DNA from: Octopus sinensis
Taxonomy: Eukaryota
Length of the DNA: 64,000 bases
Assembly: GCF_006345805.1 (NCBI RefSeq)
Contig: NC_043011.1
Coordinates: 41,366,464-41,430,463, forward strand
Direction: 5' to 3'
This document shows, piece by piece, positions 36,801 through 49,309 of the stretch. The notes beneath the pieces are model-generated. The model was not told the origin of the DNA. It ran no database searches and worked only from the letters and a program-made list of their open reading frames with translations. A program made the translations under genes and the position numbers. Position 1 is the stretch's first letter; every line of letters begins with the position of its first letter.

Positions 36801-36913
36801 CATATATATATATATTATATATATATATATATATTGTGTGAAATTTGATTTAGTATTTCTAAATTGAATTTTTTTCCCTGTAAGTTTGGATTTATATTCC
36901 TTCAAATAATTAT

Positions 36914-36963
<50 letters not shown>

Positions 36964-37878
36964 TATATATACATACATACATATATATACATATATATAC
37001 ATATATACACATATATATACACATATAATACAATATATATACACATTATATAACATATATATACATATATATACATATATATATACATATATATATACAT
37101 ATATATATACATACATATATATACACATATATATACACATATATATACACATATATATACACATATATATATAATATACATATAAATTATATATACATAT
37201 ATATACACACATATATATACAATATATATACATATATATACACATATATATACACATATATATATACACATATATATATACATATATATACACATATATA
37301 TACACATATATATATACATATATATACACATATATATACACATATATATATATATACATATATACCTATATATACATATATACTACAAAATTAGAGAATG
37401 GAGAATATACTTAAATCAGTAAAACATCAACTATCCGATGATACTCAATCCATACTTTAATACACCATTGGATATATTATCCATGGTGGGTTGAATTTTC
37501 AACCCCTATCTCATTTTATATATATATATATATATACTATATTACATATATACATATATATACTATACATATATACATATATATACATATAATATATATA
37601 TACATATATATATACATATATATACATATATACATATATAACATATACATATATACATATATATAACTATATATATACATATATACATATATATATATAT
37701 ACATATATATACACACATAATATATACATATATACATATATAATATACATATATACATATATTATATACATATATATATATATACATATATATATATATC
37801 TAACATATATATTATATAATATATATATATATACATATATATATATACATATATATATACATATATATATTACATATA

Positions 37879-37936
<58 letters not shown>

Positions 37937-37951
37937 CATATATATATACAT

Positions 37952-38025
<74 letters not shown>

Positions 38026-38164
38026 CATATACATATATATATATAATATATACATATATATATATAATACATATATATATATATACATATATATATACAT
38101 GCATATATATATATACATATATATATATATACATATTATATATACATATATATACATATATATA
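36800..38164. repeat. Very long (TA)/(CATA) microsatellite arrays
   Basis: About 1.2 kb of AT-rich dinucleotide variants with two short unique interruptions (36835-36915, 37385-37515). Confidence 0.95.
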
Positions 38165-38542
38165 CACTACCGTCAGAAATTAATTAGCACCCTTGATTTG
38201 CTCTTCACTCAAGGTATTTGCTGTCACCTAGTGGCCATATCTCGAACTATTGCTTTGTCGCGAGTTCACTGTTGCGCAGAACGATCACGTAACTTTGTTT
38301 GCAGAGCAGTTTGAGAGTCTACAGCCTAATGATGTTGACATAGCAGTGCAACAACAACTTGGAGTGCAGATGCAGACAAATCTTCCTTTGTTTAATAGAT
38401 ATAGGTAGCACCTCGCAAGGACCGAAATCACACCGTACTAAGTTTTCTCATCGCGTAAGACGTTTTGAACAGCTCGTAGGTTAATTGATTTGTGTATTTG
38501 CAAGATTTTTTTTCCTCACAAATTCTCCTACACTCTGCTTGG

Positions 38543-38557
38543 TGACGTCACTTCCGG
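38543..38557. promoter_or_regulatory. Overlapping CRE-ETS motif in the Tc1 5' region
   Basis: TGACGTCACTTCCGG (reverse complement CCGGAAGTGACGTCA), about 155 nt upstream of the transposase ATG. Confidence 0.5.
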
Positions 38558-38712
38558 TTCACAAAACTTTGTTATACATAAAATAGGTGAGAAATTCTGC
38601 TTTCTTTCTTTTTTTTGTTAATGAATAATAACCATAGCAGTTTTGTTATAGCATAACATTATTCAAATGAATAGTTTAATGAAAATAACTGGTTTTTATC
38701 GTTCATTCCTAG

Positions 38713-39710
38713 ATGGCCCCAAGACCTCGCATGACCTTGGAGAGACGGTACGAGGCTCTCTCGTGGCGTGGGAAGCTGTCGGAGGCTGCAATTGCCAGAA
38801 AACTTGGTGTAGCCAGGCGCACAATTCAGTGCTTATTTAAGAAACACGAGGAAACCGGATCAGCAGCTGACAAAAAGGGTAGGGGACGGAAGAGGTTGAC
38901 GACCCAGCGGGAGGACCGGATGCTGATCCGAAAGTCACTGTACAACCGAAGGGCAACGAGCCGGTAACTGGCGGAGGAGATGCAAAAGATGACAGGGAAG
39001 CAGTTGTCTACAACCACTGTCAAGACCAGATTGCTGGAAGCTGGTCTAAAATCCTGTAGGGCCGCCCGTAAGCCGCTCCTTACAGCCCAAAATCGGAAGA
39101 GGCGGCTGCTCTGGGCCTGTGCCCACAAGATATGGACCATGCAGCAGTGGCGGACAGTGATGTTCACTGACGAGTCGCGATCAGTCTCGTCAGTGACAAG
39201 CTGTCCATGTGCGACGCCGCAGGGGTGAGCGCTTCAACAAAGACTGCATTGCTCCCACCATGAAGCATGGTGGGGGTGGTCTGATGGTGTGAGGGGCGTT
39301 CAGCTACAGTGGTGTTGGGCGGCTCTATGCCATCGAAGGCAACATCAACGCAGCAAAGTACGTTGAGATAGTACGGGATACCTCTTTGGTGGCGAGGAGT
39401 ACGTGCTCCAGCAGAACAACGCGCCTTCCCACACAGCCAAGCTCACAACCGGTTTCTTCAAGGACTATGGGGTGACGGTCATGGACTGGCCTGGCCAGTC
39501 ACCTAACCTGAACCCTATTGAGAACCTCTGGAGTCGATTGGGTAGGGATTTGAATGTGCAGTAATACAGGAACCGACACGAGCTGTTTGGGGCACTTCTT
39601 GCTCCATGGAGGGCCATCCCTGCACAGTACCTGCAGGCACTCATAGACAGCATGCCGACCCGCGTAGCAGCTGTCATTGCTGCCAAGGAGGAGCAACAAG
39701 ATATGACTAA
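38713..39710 (+). pseudogene. Tc1 transposase pseudogene
   Basis: Paired-like HTH, GRKRLT, RKPLL, FTDESR, KHGGG, QNNAP (D>N), WPGQSPNLNPIENLW with 34-residue spacing; internal stops and frameshifts. Confidence 0.93.
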
Positions 39711-39869
39711 ATTTCACGATTAATAACAATTATGTGGTGTGCTGGGAGATGTTTTAATAAATTTTTGATTAAAAACGAGTTCGTTTCTGATAATAAGTTA
39801 ATTAAATTAAGAAAATGTAAGAAAATGTAGAAATTTGAGAAGTGCTAATTAATTTCCGACGCAAGTGTA

Positions 39870-40115
39870 TATACATATATATATATACATATAATTTTAA
39901 TCCAAACGGGAAAACAGAAAAAACAACAACACGTGGAACAATTACAGTATTATTATTAATAGGCGCTCAGGAAAGATGGAAGCAGGAAGGTATGACGTTT
40001 CGAGCGGAGCTCTTCGTCGGAAACATAAAGAAGGAAGAGAGAGGAAAGAAAGATCCCAAAGTGGGCAACAAGAGGGAGAAAAAAAAAACGACTGGTGTTT
40101 ACGAAGTACACATGG
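39870..40115 (-). mobile_element. Penelope-like terminal repeat remnant with minimal hammerhead-like motif
   Basis: Minus strand GTTT-CCGACGA-A-GAGC-TCC-GCTC-GAAAC-GTC-ATAC at 39990-40024. Confidence 0.5.
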
Positions 40116-40177
40116 TGAAAAGCTACCGTCCAATCCATGCTAGCATGGAAAGCGGACGTTAAACAATGATGATGATG

Positions 40178-40222
<45 letters not shown>

Positions 40223-40264
40223 CATACATATATATACACATACAATATATATACACATACATAT

Positions 40265-40880
40265 ATCATCATCATCCTCATCATCATCATTTAGCGTCCG
40301 CTTTCCATGCTAGCATGGGTTGGACGGTTCAACTGGGGTCTGTGAAGCCAGAAGGCTGCATCAGGCCCAGTCTGATCTGGCAATGTTTCTACGGCTGGAT
40401 GCCCTTCCTAACGCCAACCACTCCGTGAGTGTAGTGGGTGCTTTTTACGTGTCACCCACATAGGTGCCAGATGGAGCTAGCAAACGGCCACGGACGGATG
40501 GTGCTTTTTACGTCCCACCGGCACGGGGGCCAGGCGAGGCTGGCAACGGCCACGAACAGATGGTGCTTTTTACATGCCACCGGCACGGGGGCCAGTCGGG
40601 GCAGCGCTGGCAACGGCCATGATCAAATGGTTCGCTTACTTGCCACTGGCACTGGTATCACAGCTGCAATTTCCATTGATGTTGATCGACTTCGATTTTG
40701 GTTCTGCTTTCTGATATCTGATTTGATTTGGTTTGATTTTGATTTTCACTTGCCTCAACGGGTCTTCACAAGTGGAGCTTTGTGTCCCAAGAAGGAAAGG
40801 TATGTATAAGTCGACTGGCTACATACCAGGTAGAGGCCACGGGTTATGGTCTCACTAGTCTTGCCGGGTCTTCTCAATCA
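40265..40880 (-). mobile_element. Family B (RTE 3' UTR)
   Basis: (GAT)n tail, core, tandem units and the post-ORF2 segment. Confidence 0.88.
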
Positions 40881-41233
40881 CAGCATATATATATATATAT
40901 ATATCAGAGAAGAGATATTTACATCATAGAAAGGACATACCCTACAAGTGCTCTGGAAGATATATATATATATACATACACACGAACATGGATTAAGCAA
41001 ACGTGTATGAGTGTATATATGCAAATATAATTGTCTATGCAGCTATATTTAGAAGACATTAACAATGCGTATGTACACACAAATATATGTATAAAAAACT
41101 ATTTCTATCCATGCATAAAGGTCGTTGAATTATTAATTTTAGTCATGGAAACCACACACATTACGTGCCCGCGCGTGTTTTTATGTGTGTGTGTGTATGT
41201 ATGTATATATATATATATATACATACATACATG

Positions 41234-41269
<36 letters not shown>

Positions 41270-41421
41270 TACATATTAAAATGAACAGGCAATAGGACGG
41301 CGCCCTGTATGACCATATTTGTTGGACAGGCAAAAAAAAACACACACATAGTTATATATATACAAACACATATTGCGTATGTGTTTAATGCCTTTGTATT
41401 ATAACATATATATATATATAT

Positions 41422-41852
41422 AGTGCCGGTGGCACGTGGCACACAAGAAAACCATCCGAACGTGGCCGTAGCCAGTACCGCATCGACTGGCCTCCGTGCT
41501 GTAGGCACGTAACAAGCACCATCGATCGTGGCCATTTTGCCAGCCTCATCTGGCCCCTGTGTCGTGGCACATAAAAAAACCATCCGAGCGTGGCCGTCTG
41601 CCAGCCTCGTCTGGCCACCTGTGTCGGTGGCACATAAAAAACACCATCCGAGCGTGGCCGTTTGCCAGCCTCGTCTGGCACCTGTGTCGGTGGCACATAA
41701 AATCACCCACTACACTCTCGGAGTGGTTGGCGTTAGGAAGGGCATCCAGCTGTAGAAACACTGCCAGATCTGACTAGACTGGTGCAGCTTTCGGGCTCCC
41801 CAGACCCCAGTTGAACCGTCCAACCCATGCTAGCATGGAAAGCTGACGTTAA

Positions 41853-41885
<33 letters not shown>
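41422..41885 (+). mobile_element. Family B, near-identical to 24188-24650
   Basis: Shares diagnostic GTGGCACGTGGCACACAAGAAAACC, AAATCACCCAC and GCTTTCGGGCTCCCC. Confidence 0.9.
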
Positions 41886-42178
41886 GGTAAGGATATTTTG
41901 AATATATTTAATTAACAGAGCAGAAATATATAGTTGAATATATTAATGAAAATAATAGTAATAAACTAAATAAAAGGAGCAGTAAGAAGCTTAAATTGAG
42001 ATACACAGATAGGCGAAGAGACAGGTGGGTAGGCATACAGGTATGAAGACTACCAGACAGACAAACTGACAGACAGATGTTACTGTTGACATACATTTTA
42101 TTACTGAAACTTTTGATGCATGGGGAATTAAAAAGAAACTAGACGAGAAACAAATGAAGTAAAAGGGATAAATTATGT

Positions 42179-42862
42179 AGAAGTGGCTGTGTGGTAAGTA
42201 CCTTGCTTACCAACCACAGGGCTCTGGGTTCAGTCCTACTGCATGGCACCATGGGCAAGTGTCTTCGACCAAAGTCTTGTGAGTGGATTTGGTAGACGGA
42301 AACTGAAAGAAGCCCGTCGTCGTATATATATATATATATGGCCCAGTGGTTAGGGCAGTGGACTCGCGGTCAGAGAATCGCGTTTTCGATTCCCAGACCG
42401 GGCATCGTGTGTGTTTATTCAGCGAAAACACCTAAAGCTCCACGAGGCTCCAGCAGTGGGTGGTGGCGACCCCTATTGTACTCTTTCACCACAACTTTCT
42501 CTCATTCTCTCTTCCTGTTTCTTGAGTAGCGTTGCGATGGACTGGCGTCCCGTCCAGCTGGGGGGAACACATACACAACAGAAACCAGGAAACCGGGCCC
42601 ATGAGCCTGGCTAGGCTTGAAAAGGGCACATAAATAAAAATATATATATGTATGCATGTGTGTGTCTGTGCTTGTCCCCCCAACATTGCTTGGCAACCAA
42701 TGCAGGTGTGTTTATGTCCCCGCAACTTAGCGGTTCAGCAAAAGAGACCAAAAGAATAAGTACTAGGCTTCCAAAGAATAAGTCCTGGGGTCGATTTGCT
42801 TGACTAAAAGGCGGTGCTCCAGCATGGCCACAGTCAAATGACTGACACAAGTAAAAGAGTAA
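42179..42862 (+). mobile_element. SINE family A interrupted by SINE family D
   Basis: Family A head 42179-42320 and tail 42650-42862 flank the family D copy inserted in the (TA)n linker. Confidence 0.8.
42338..42632 (+). mobile_element. SINE family D (tRNA-derived)
   Basis: GGCCCAGTGGTTAGGGCAGTGGACTCGCGG...GTTTTCGATTCC head; GCGATGGACTGGCG domain; second copy on the minus strand at 58785-58975. Confidence 0.8.
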
Positions 42863-43224
42863 GTCAGTGACTAACAATTTCATATTTCAAAGGGAGACAA
42901 CTTCAGACATGTTTTGGTGTCACTTTAACCTCATCAGCAATCAGTGAGACATAGCCTTCCCTGTTGCTTTTAGTGTTGAAGCAATGAAGAACGAAGGTCC
43001 TGATTGAACAAGGCCTATTGGTCAAAGATGTTCCATTATGACCATCACATCTTATTTTAAGACTGTGTTTTAGGCACACAGATGTGTGGTAAGAAATTTT
43101 CTTCCCCACCACATGATTCTAGGTTCAGTCCCACTGCATGGCACCCAGGGCAAGTATCCTTTACTATAGCCCCAGGGCAATCAAAGCCTTGTGAGTGGAC
43201 TGAAAGAAGCCCATCATTTATATA

Positions 43225-44205
43225 TCATCATCATCATCATCATCATTATCATCGTTTAACGTCCGCTTTCCATGCTAGCATGGGTTGGACGGTTCAACTG
43301 GGGTCTGGGAAGCCAGGCAGCTGCACCAGGCGCCAGTCTTGATCTGGCAGAGTTTCTACAGCTGGATGCCCTTCCTAACGCCAACCACTCCGTGAGTGTA
43401 GTGGGTGCTTTTTACGTGCCACCGGCACAGGTGCCAGACAGGGCTGGCAAACGGCCATGGTCGGATGGTGCTTTTTACGTACCACCGGCACGGGGGCCAG
43501 GCGAGGCATATATATATATATATATATATACATACATACACACACACCCACACATATATATACTGATAAAAACAACTTTACATTAATCTGATGGGTTACT
43601 CCATTCTTTTATAGAGTACAAATTTATTGTTGTTAAACAAGAATCTTATTGACAGTGACTTTGAAGTTTCGGTCATTTAAGCTATCATACTGAAGCTGCA
43701 GTAGAAGAGGACAGTTGCCCAAAGTGCCATAGTGTGGGACTGAACCTGGAACCATGTGGTTGGGAAGCAAGCTTCTTACCACACAACCACACCTGCACCT
43801 ATATATGTGTGAGCGTATGCACGTGTGTAGAAGGTTGAAAAGTAACACACGAGTTGATATCATCATCATCATCATTTAGCGTCCGCTTTCCATACTAGCA
43901 TGGGTTGGACTGTTCAACTGGGGTCTGTGAAGCCAGAAGGCTGCATCAGGACCAGTCTGATCTGGCAGTGTTTCTACGGCTGGATGCCCTTCCTAACGCC
44001 AACCACTCCATGAGTGTAGTGGGTGCTTTTTACGTGCCACCCGCACAGGTGCCAGACGGAGCTGGTAAACGGCCACGAACGGATGGTGCTTTTACGTGCA
44101 ACCGGCACAGGGCCAGACGAGGCTGGCAACGGACACGAACGGATGGTGCTTTTACATGCCACCGGCACGGAGGCCAGTTGGGGCGGCGCTGGCAACGGCT
44201 ACGTA
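43225..44205 (-). mobile_element. Two family B copies (43225-43510, 43860-44205) with a SINE A head between them
   Basis: (GAT)n tails, core and tandem units. Confidence 0.8.
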
Positions 44206-44519
44206 TAAGATATGTATAAGAAAAATAAGACAAGGTAGAAAATGCTAAAGTAATTTTATCATGAAATACATTTTGTGCCGGTTTCAGCCTTTTCCACATT
44301 TTCAATTAAGAGCAAAACAGGAAACGCAATTGAATTGAAGAAAAAAATCAAATGAAATGGTTTGTAAATATTTCCATGGTCTTTAAATTCAGTGGGACAG
44401 TTTCCTTTTTTCTGTCTCTCTCTCTTTTTTTTTCCTTTGTGAAGGCTGCATAGGTAGTAGCAGATCTGAAGAAATAGTGTTTATGAGGGCAGAGAAATGT
44501 TGGTTCTGAAGTTTAATCA

Positions 44520-44790
44520 GCAGCAGACAAGGAAGAGGAGAAGGAGGAGAAGACAGAAGACAGAAGAAGACAGAGAAGAAGAAGACAGAGAAGAAGAAGA
44601 AGAAGAAGAAAAGACAAAGAAGAAGACAGAGAAGAAGAAGACAGAAGAAGACAGAGAAGAAGAAGAAGACAGAGAAGAAGAAAAAGACAAAGAAGAAGAC
44701 AGAGAAGAAGACAGAGAAGAAGAAGAAGAAGAAAAAGACAAAGAAGAAGACAGAAGAAGAAGAAGAAGAAAGAGGAGGAGGGAAGTGGTA
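44520..44790. repeat. Polypurine (GAA)n/GAAGACA repeat
   Basis: About 270 nt that is almost entirely A/G on the plus strand. Confidence 0.92.
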
Positions 44791-45044
44791 TGACTCAGTA
44801 GTAGTGCCATCACAGGTGCTTTTTGCATGGCACCAGCAACAAGAGAAGTAAATGAAATAAAGAAGTTTTTTTTCTGCAAGAGAGGAGCGGCAGCCAGACG
44901 TATTTCACAAATTCAGTAAGGGAAGAAAAGCAATAAAAACCAGCTGCAGTTTGAGGCAAGTCAGAAGTGCTGGCAAGAAATGTAAAGAAGACATGCCGTG
45001 ATTTTTGGCAGATACACTTTGAGATACTACAATCATGGATAGAA

Positions 45045-45510
45045 GCACCATACGAGTGTGATCGTTGACAGAGCGGCTATTCGAGTATGATCATTACCAG
45101 CGTTGCCTTACTGGCACTTATGCCTGTGCTAGTAGGGTCCCAAGAACACCATCGGAGCGTGATCGTTGCCAGAGCAGCCAACTGGCTTCCGTACCCGTGG
45201 CACGTAAAAGGGCAACATTCGAGCGTGATCGTTACCAATGTTGCTTCACTGGCACCTGTGGCAATGGCATGTGTAAAAAGATTCGAGCGAGGTCATTGCC
45301 AGTACCGCCTGACTGGCCCCCGTGCCGGTGGCACGTAAAAAGCACCCACCACACTCTCGGAATGGCGTTAGGAAGGGCATCCAGCTGTAGAAACTCTGCC
45401 AGATCAGATTGGAGCCTGGTGCAGCCATCTGGTTGCCAGCCCTCAGTCAAAATCGTCCAACCCATGCTAGTATGGAAAACGGACGTTAAACGATGATGAT
45501 GATGATGATG
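45045..45510 (+). mobile_element. Family B retroposon
   Basis: Tandem units, core and (GAT)n tail. Confidence 0.82.
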
Positions 45511-46383
45511 AAGCCACCCAGTTCCAAAATGAATGAGTAATTTTCTCAGAGTTTTCCCAACTGTCGTAGGGTCCATTCTTAACCTTGGTGCAGCCCAACT
45601 ATGTCTGAATCACTGGGGTGAGTGTGAGTTGTGAACGTTGGCTGCATGAAGTATGTGAAGGAACATGTCTAAGGCAATGGTTCCAGTTGTTAATTTGCCT
45701 GACACAGATGGGTCAAAAGTGAAACACTCAAAGTCATTTGCTAACAGAGACTTAACATACAATAAAGAATCGATGGGGTTCTGACCATTTAGCTAAACTG
45801 AAGCGCCATGCAGATTGAAAGTGTAATATGCAAATGTGTAGGGGCGAGGGGCATAATTAGGATGTGACCAGTTCATCCAATAGGCAAAGAGTTGGTGAAG
45901 GTTTAGTAAATGCTGGTAAGACATCCAAGGTGTTTCGAGTTTGGTGCCACAGTTAAATACAACCAGTGCACTCTGTAAAGGGGTTGTTGAAAAACAGGAA
46001 TTAATGTAGGGGTCTAAAAGACTTTTTAGTCCGTCCAAAAACATGATAACTTCTCTAAGATTGGTGCTATCATATTATGCATCCAGTAAACTCTATAAAT
46101 TGGTTAGTAAATGATCAAAAATAATGTAGGGGTCAAGAGAAACCCTTTGGACCATTCAGGAATATTACAACCACTCTAATGCTGGCAGTCTGATAAAATA
46201 CAACTGGTATACTCTGTAAAGTGTTTGGTGATAGGGAAAGCATGAAGGTGTAGAAACAGATTCAAAAGTAGAACATACAAAAGAAACACAGACCACCACA
46301 ACTCCCCCAACCCATGCCAGCATAGAAAGTAGACATAAAAACAATGATACTGATGGAAAGGAGGAAGAAATCAGCAATCTTAC

Positions 46384-46472
46384 CAGAGCCACCAAGAGCA
46401 TCAAGGCAGGCGGGAGGTGAACCAATATCACGCTGAGAGCAGAATGTTCCTAGTGTACAAAAGACAAATTCT
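46384..46472 (-). CDS. TRMT1L: TRMT1-like, coding exon 2
   Basis: TTTTTCTGTTGCAG acceptor, GTAAGA donor, 89 nt; (R)EFVFCTLGTFCSQRDIGSPPACLDALGGS(G), cf. recalled human RQLIFCTLAAL...ECLDAFGATG (motif I). Confidence 0.93.
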
Positions 46473-47360
46473 CTGCAACAGAAAAAGAATAAAGAGATAT
46501 TATAGTTTGGAATGTAGATCATTGTTACATGTTAATTAACAAACAGTAATTATAGAGAAATAAGGATTTAGCATCAACAGCATCAGAGGTAGCAACCATT
46601 GTATACGGACATCTGGCAACAGCAGCAGGAGCAAAATGGCTCCACAAACTTCATTTTTGTGTGGTGTGTGTGTGTGTGTGTGTGTGCGTGCGCACGTGTG
46701 TATCATCATTGTCACATCATTTAACATCTGCTTTCCATGCTGACATGGCATGAGTTGGATGGTTTGACAAGAACTGGCAAGTGGGAGACAACACCAAGCT
46801 CTGATCTTTACAAAAGTGTACCGGGTGCTTTATTTTGTAGCACCAGCACCATCAGGGTCACCAAGCACCTTGCAGAAAGTCCCCTCAACCGAGATTGGGT
46901 AGTATTGAAGGAGATGGATTCATGTCAGTTGATGTGAGGTCAAAAGAATAACAGATGGATAGGAAGAGATGCCTCGCCAGAAGTGCCAGGGTATATCCTT
47001 GAGGTTCAAAGGTCATAATATAAGTGACAGAAATTTTTGCCATTATTTATTCACCATTACTCAGGTCTCGTTTGTAAATAGGAATTACAAGACTGTACAT
47101 GTAGAAAACATGTAAGATATTTCCTCTCAGATACAGGATCAAATGATGTATTAGTTGGTTCTCTGTAGAATTTCTAAAAGGAAATTTCTTACATGTTTCT
47201 CCAGCATGTACAATTTTGTGATTCCTATCAACAAATGGAACACATATAAGGGTGAATAATACCAAAATCTTTTTCCAATCCCTTTCCTTGATATGTAATT
47301 ATTCTGCAAAAAGCTATTTCCCACTATTTTTCAACTCTTTATACACGGCTCACACGAATA

Positions 47361-48975
47361 TCGGGTTGTCTGGAAAGTTCGTACTGATTTATAGTAGCTT
47401 ACCTTTCGACTTAGTTTAGAACATGTTTGAGTCCATAAAATAGGATTTGACTACACCTCCATTTAGAGCTATCTTTTTGAGGAAGAAGGTTTATGTTCCT
47501 ATAACCTGTGTTAATTCTGTAACCCTTTAAAATGGAAAATAAGAAAGATCATTTTCGGCACTTGATGCTTTTCTTTTTCCGTAAAGGAAAAAATGCCTCA
47601 CAAGCAACCAAAGAAATATGCGCAGTTTACGGTGATGTTTCTTTATTTGAAAGTGGTTCACAAGGTTCCAAGCAAGAGATTGTAGCATTATTGATAAAGA
47701 GCGATCAGGCAGACCATCCACTACAGATGATGACCAAATCAAGTCATTAATTGAGAATAACCCACATTACACAACCCAAGAATTGGCAGAAAGCCTCAAT
47801 CTATCAAAATCCGTTGTTCGTGAGCACCTGGTAAAGCTTGGGTACACAAATCGCAATGATGTTTGGATACCACATGAGTTGAGTGAGAAGAACCTTTCTG
47901 TCTGTGATTCGCTTTATAAACAGAATGAAAACACGCCTTTTTTAAAGCAAAAGGGATTATCTACCGAAACGTTCAGAGAAAGCGATCCTGGAGTAAGCGA
48001 CATGAGCTACCCTTAGCCACCCCAAAATTGGGTCTTCACCCTAAAAAAGTCTTGCTTTGTGTCTGGTGGGATTGGAAAGGAATTTGGTACTATGAGCTTC
48101 TCCCAAGTAACCAGACAATTAATTCTGAGAAATACTGCACACAATTGGACGAGTTAAAAGCAGCAATTCAAGAGAAACGTCCAGAATTGGCCAACAGGAA
48201 GGGTGTTGTTTTCCAACATAATGCAAGACCGCACGTTTCTTTGGGAACCAGACAAAAATTGCTGCAGCTCGGCTGGGATGTGTTAACCCACCCTCCATAT
48301 ACACCAGATATTGCTCCTTATTCAGGTCTCTGCAGAATACTCTTAATGGTAAAAATTTCAATTCCTTGGATGACATAAAAAGAGACCTTGATGAATTCTT
48401 TGCCATTAAACCACATCAATTCTGGGAAGCTCTTACTCTTTTACTTGTTTCAGTCATGTGACTGGGACCATGCTGGAGCACTGCCTTTAGTCGATCAAAT
48501 CGACCCCACGACTTATTCTTTGTAAGCCTAGTACTTATTTTATCGGTCTCTTTTTTGCCGAACCGCTAAGTTACAGGGACGTAAACACACCAGCATCGGT
48601 TGTCAAGCGATATTGGGGGGGACAAACATAGACACACAAACACGCACAGACATATATATACATATATACGACGGGCTTCTTTCAGTTTCCGTCTACCAAA
48701 TCCACTCACAAGGCTTTGGTCGGCCCGAGGCTATAGTAGAAGACACTTACCCAAGGTGCCACGCAGTGGGACTGAACCCAGAACCATGTGATTCGTAAGC
48801 AAGCTACTTACCACACAGCCACTCCTACGCATGTGTATTTTCAAGTTAAAGGAAAGATGGAGACACATTGTGCAACAAAATGGTTCATATTTGGTTGATT
48901 AAAAATGTAATGGCAAGTATTTATTGACCTATTTCTTTCCTTTAAAAATTAGCATGAACTTTCCAGACAACCCAA
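47361..48975 (+). mobile_element. mariner (Hsmar1/mellifera-like) transposon, defective, with nested SINE
   Basis: TA|TCGGGTTGTCTGGAAAGTTC ... GAACTTTCCAGACAACCCAA|TA 30-bp TIRs; MENKKDHFRH, WIPHEL, HPPYTPDIAP and terminal RWRHIVQQNGSYLVD* (48902); deletions remove catalytic residues. Confidence 0.92.
48430..48830 (-). mobile_element. SINE family A, full length, inserted in the mariner transposase
   Basis: Complete reverse-complement copy splitting FWE|(D)..IFKL. Confidence 0.9.
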
Positions 48976-49309
48976 TATTAATATCTACATACAATTTTGG
49001 AGGACTGGAATAAGCTGATTCAATTCATGAGGACACAGCTTGGATTATAACCCAATCTACATACTATATATAGATATACATTTTCTCTTATTTGTTTCAG
49101 TTATTTGACTGCAGCCATGCTGGAGCACCGCCTTTAGTCGAGCAAACTGACTCCAGGACTTATTCTTTGTAAGCTTAGTATTTATTCTATCGGTCTCTCT
49201 TGCTGAACTGCTAAGCGATGGAGATGTAAACACACCAGCATCAGTTGTCAAGCGATGTTGGGCTGTGGGGGACAAACACAGACACACGAACATATACATA
49301 CATCATCAT

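Larger units (their letters stand above)
38165..39867 (+). mobile_element. Full-length Tc1 (DD34E) transposon, inactive
   Basis: TA|CACTACCGTCAGAAATTAATTAGCAC ... GTGCTAATTAATTTCCGACGCAAGTG|TA; 1703 bp. Confidence 0.93.

Noticed and set aside
36800-38164. 1.3-kb AT array as a special structure
   Set aside because: Such arrays are ubiquitous in this window; length and content may also be assembly-inflated.
44497-44879. Glu/Lys/Arg-rich and Ser-rich ORFs
   Set aside because: They are translations of the GAA/GAAGACA tract, with no splice support or homology.
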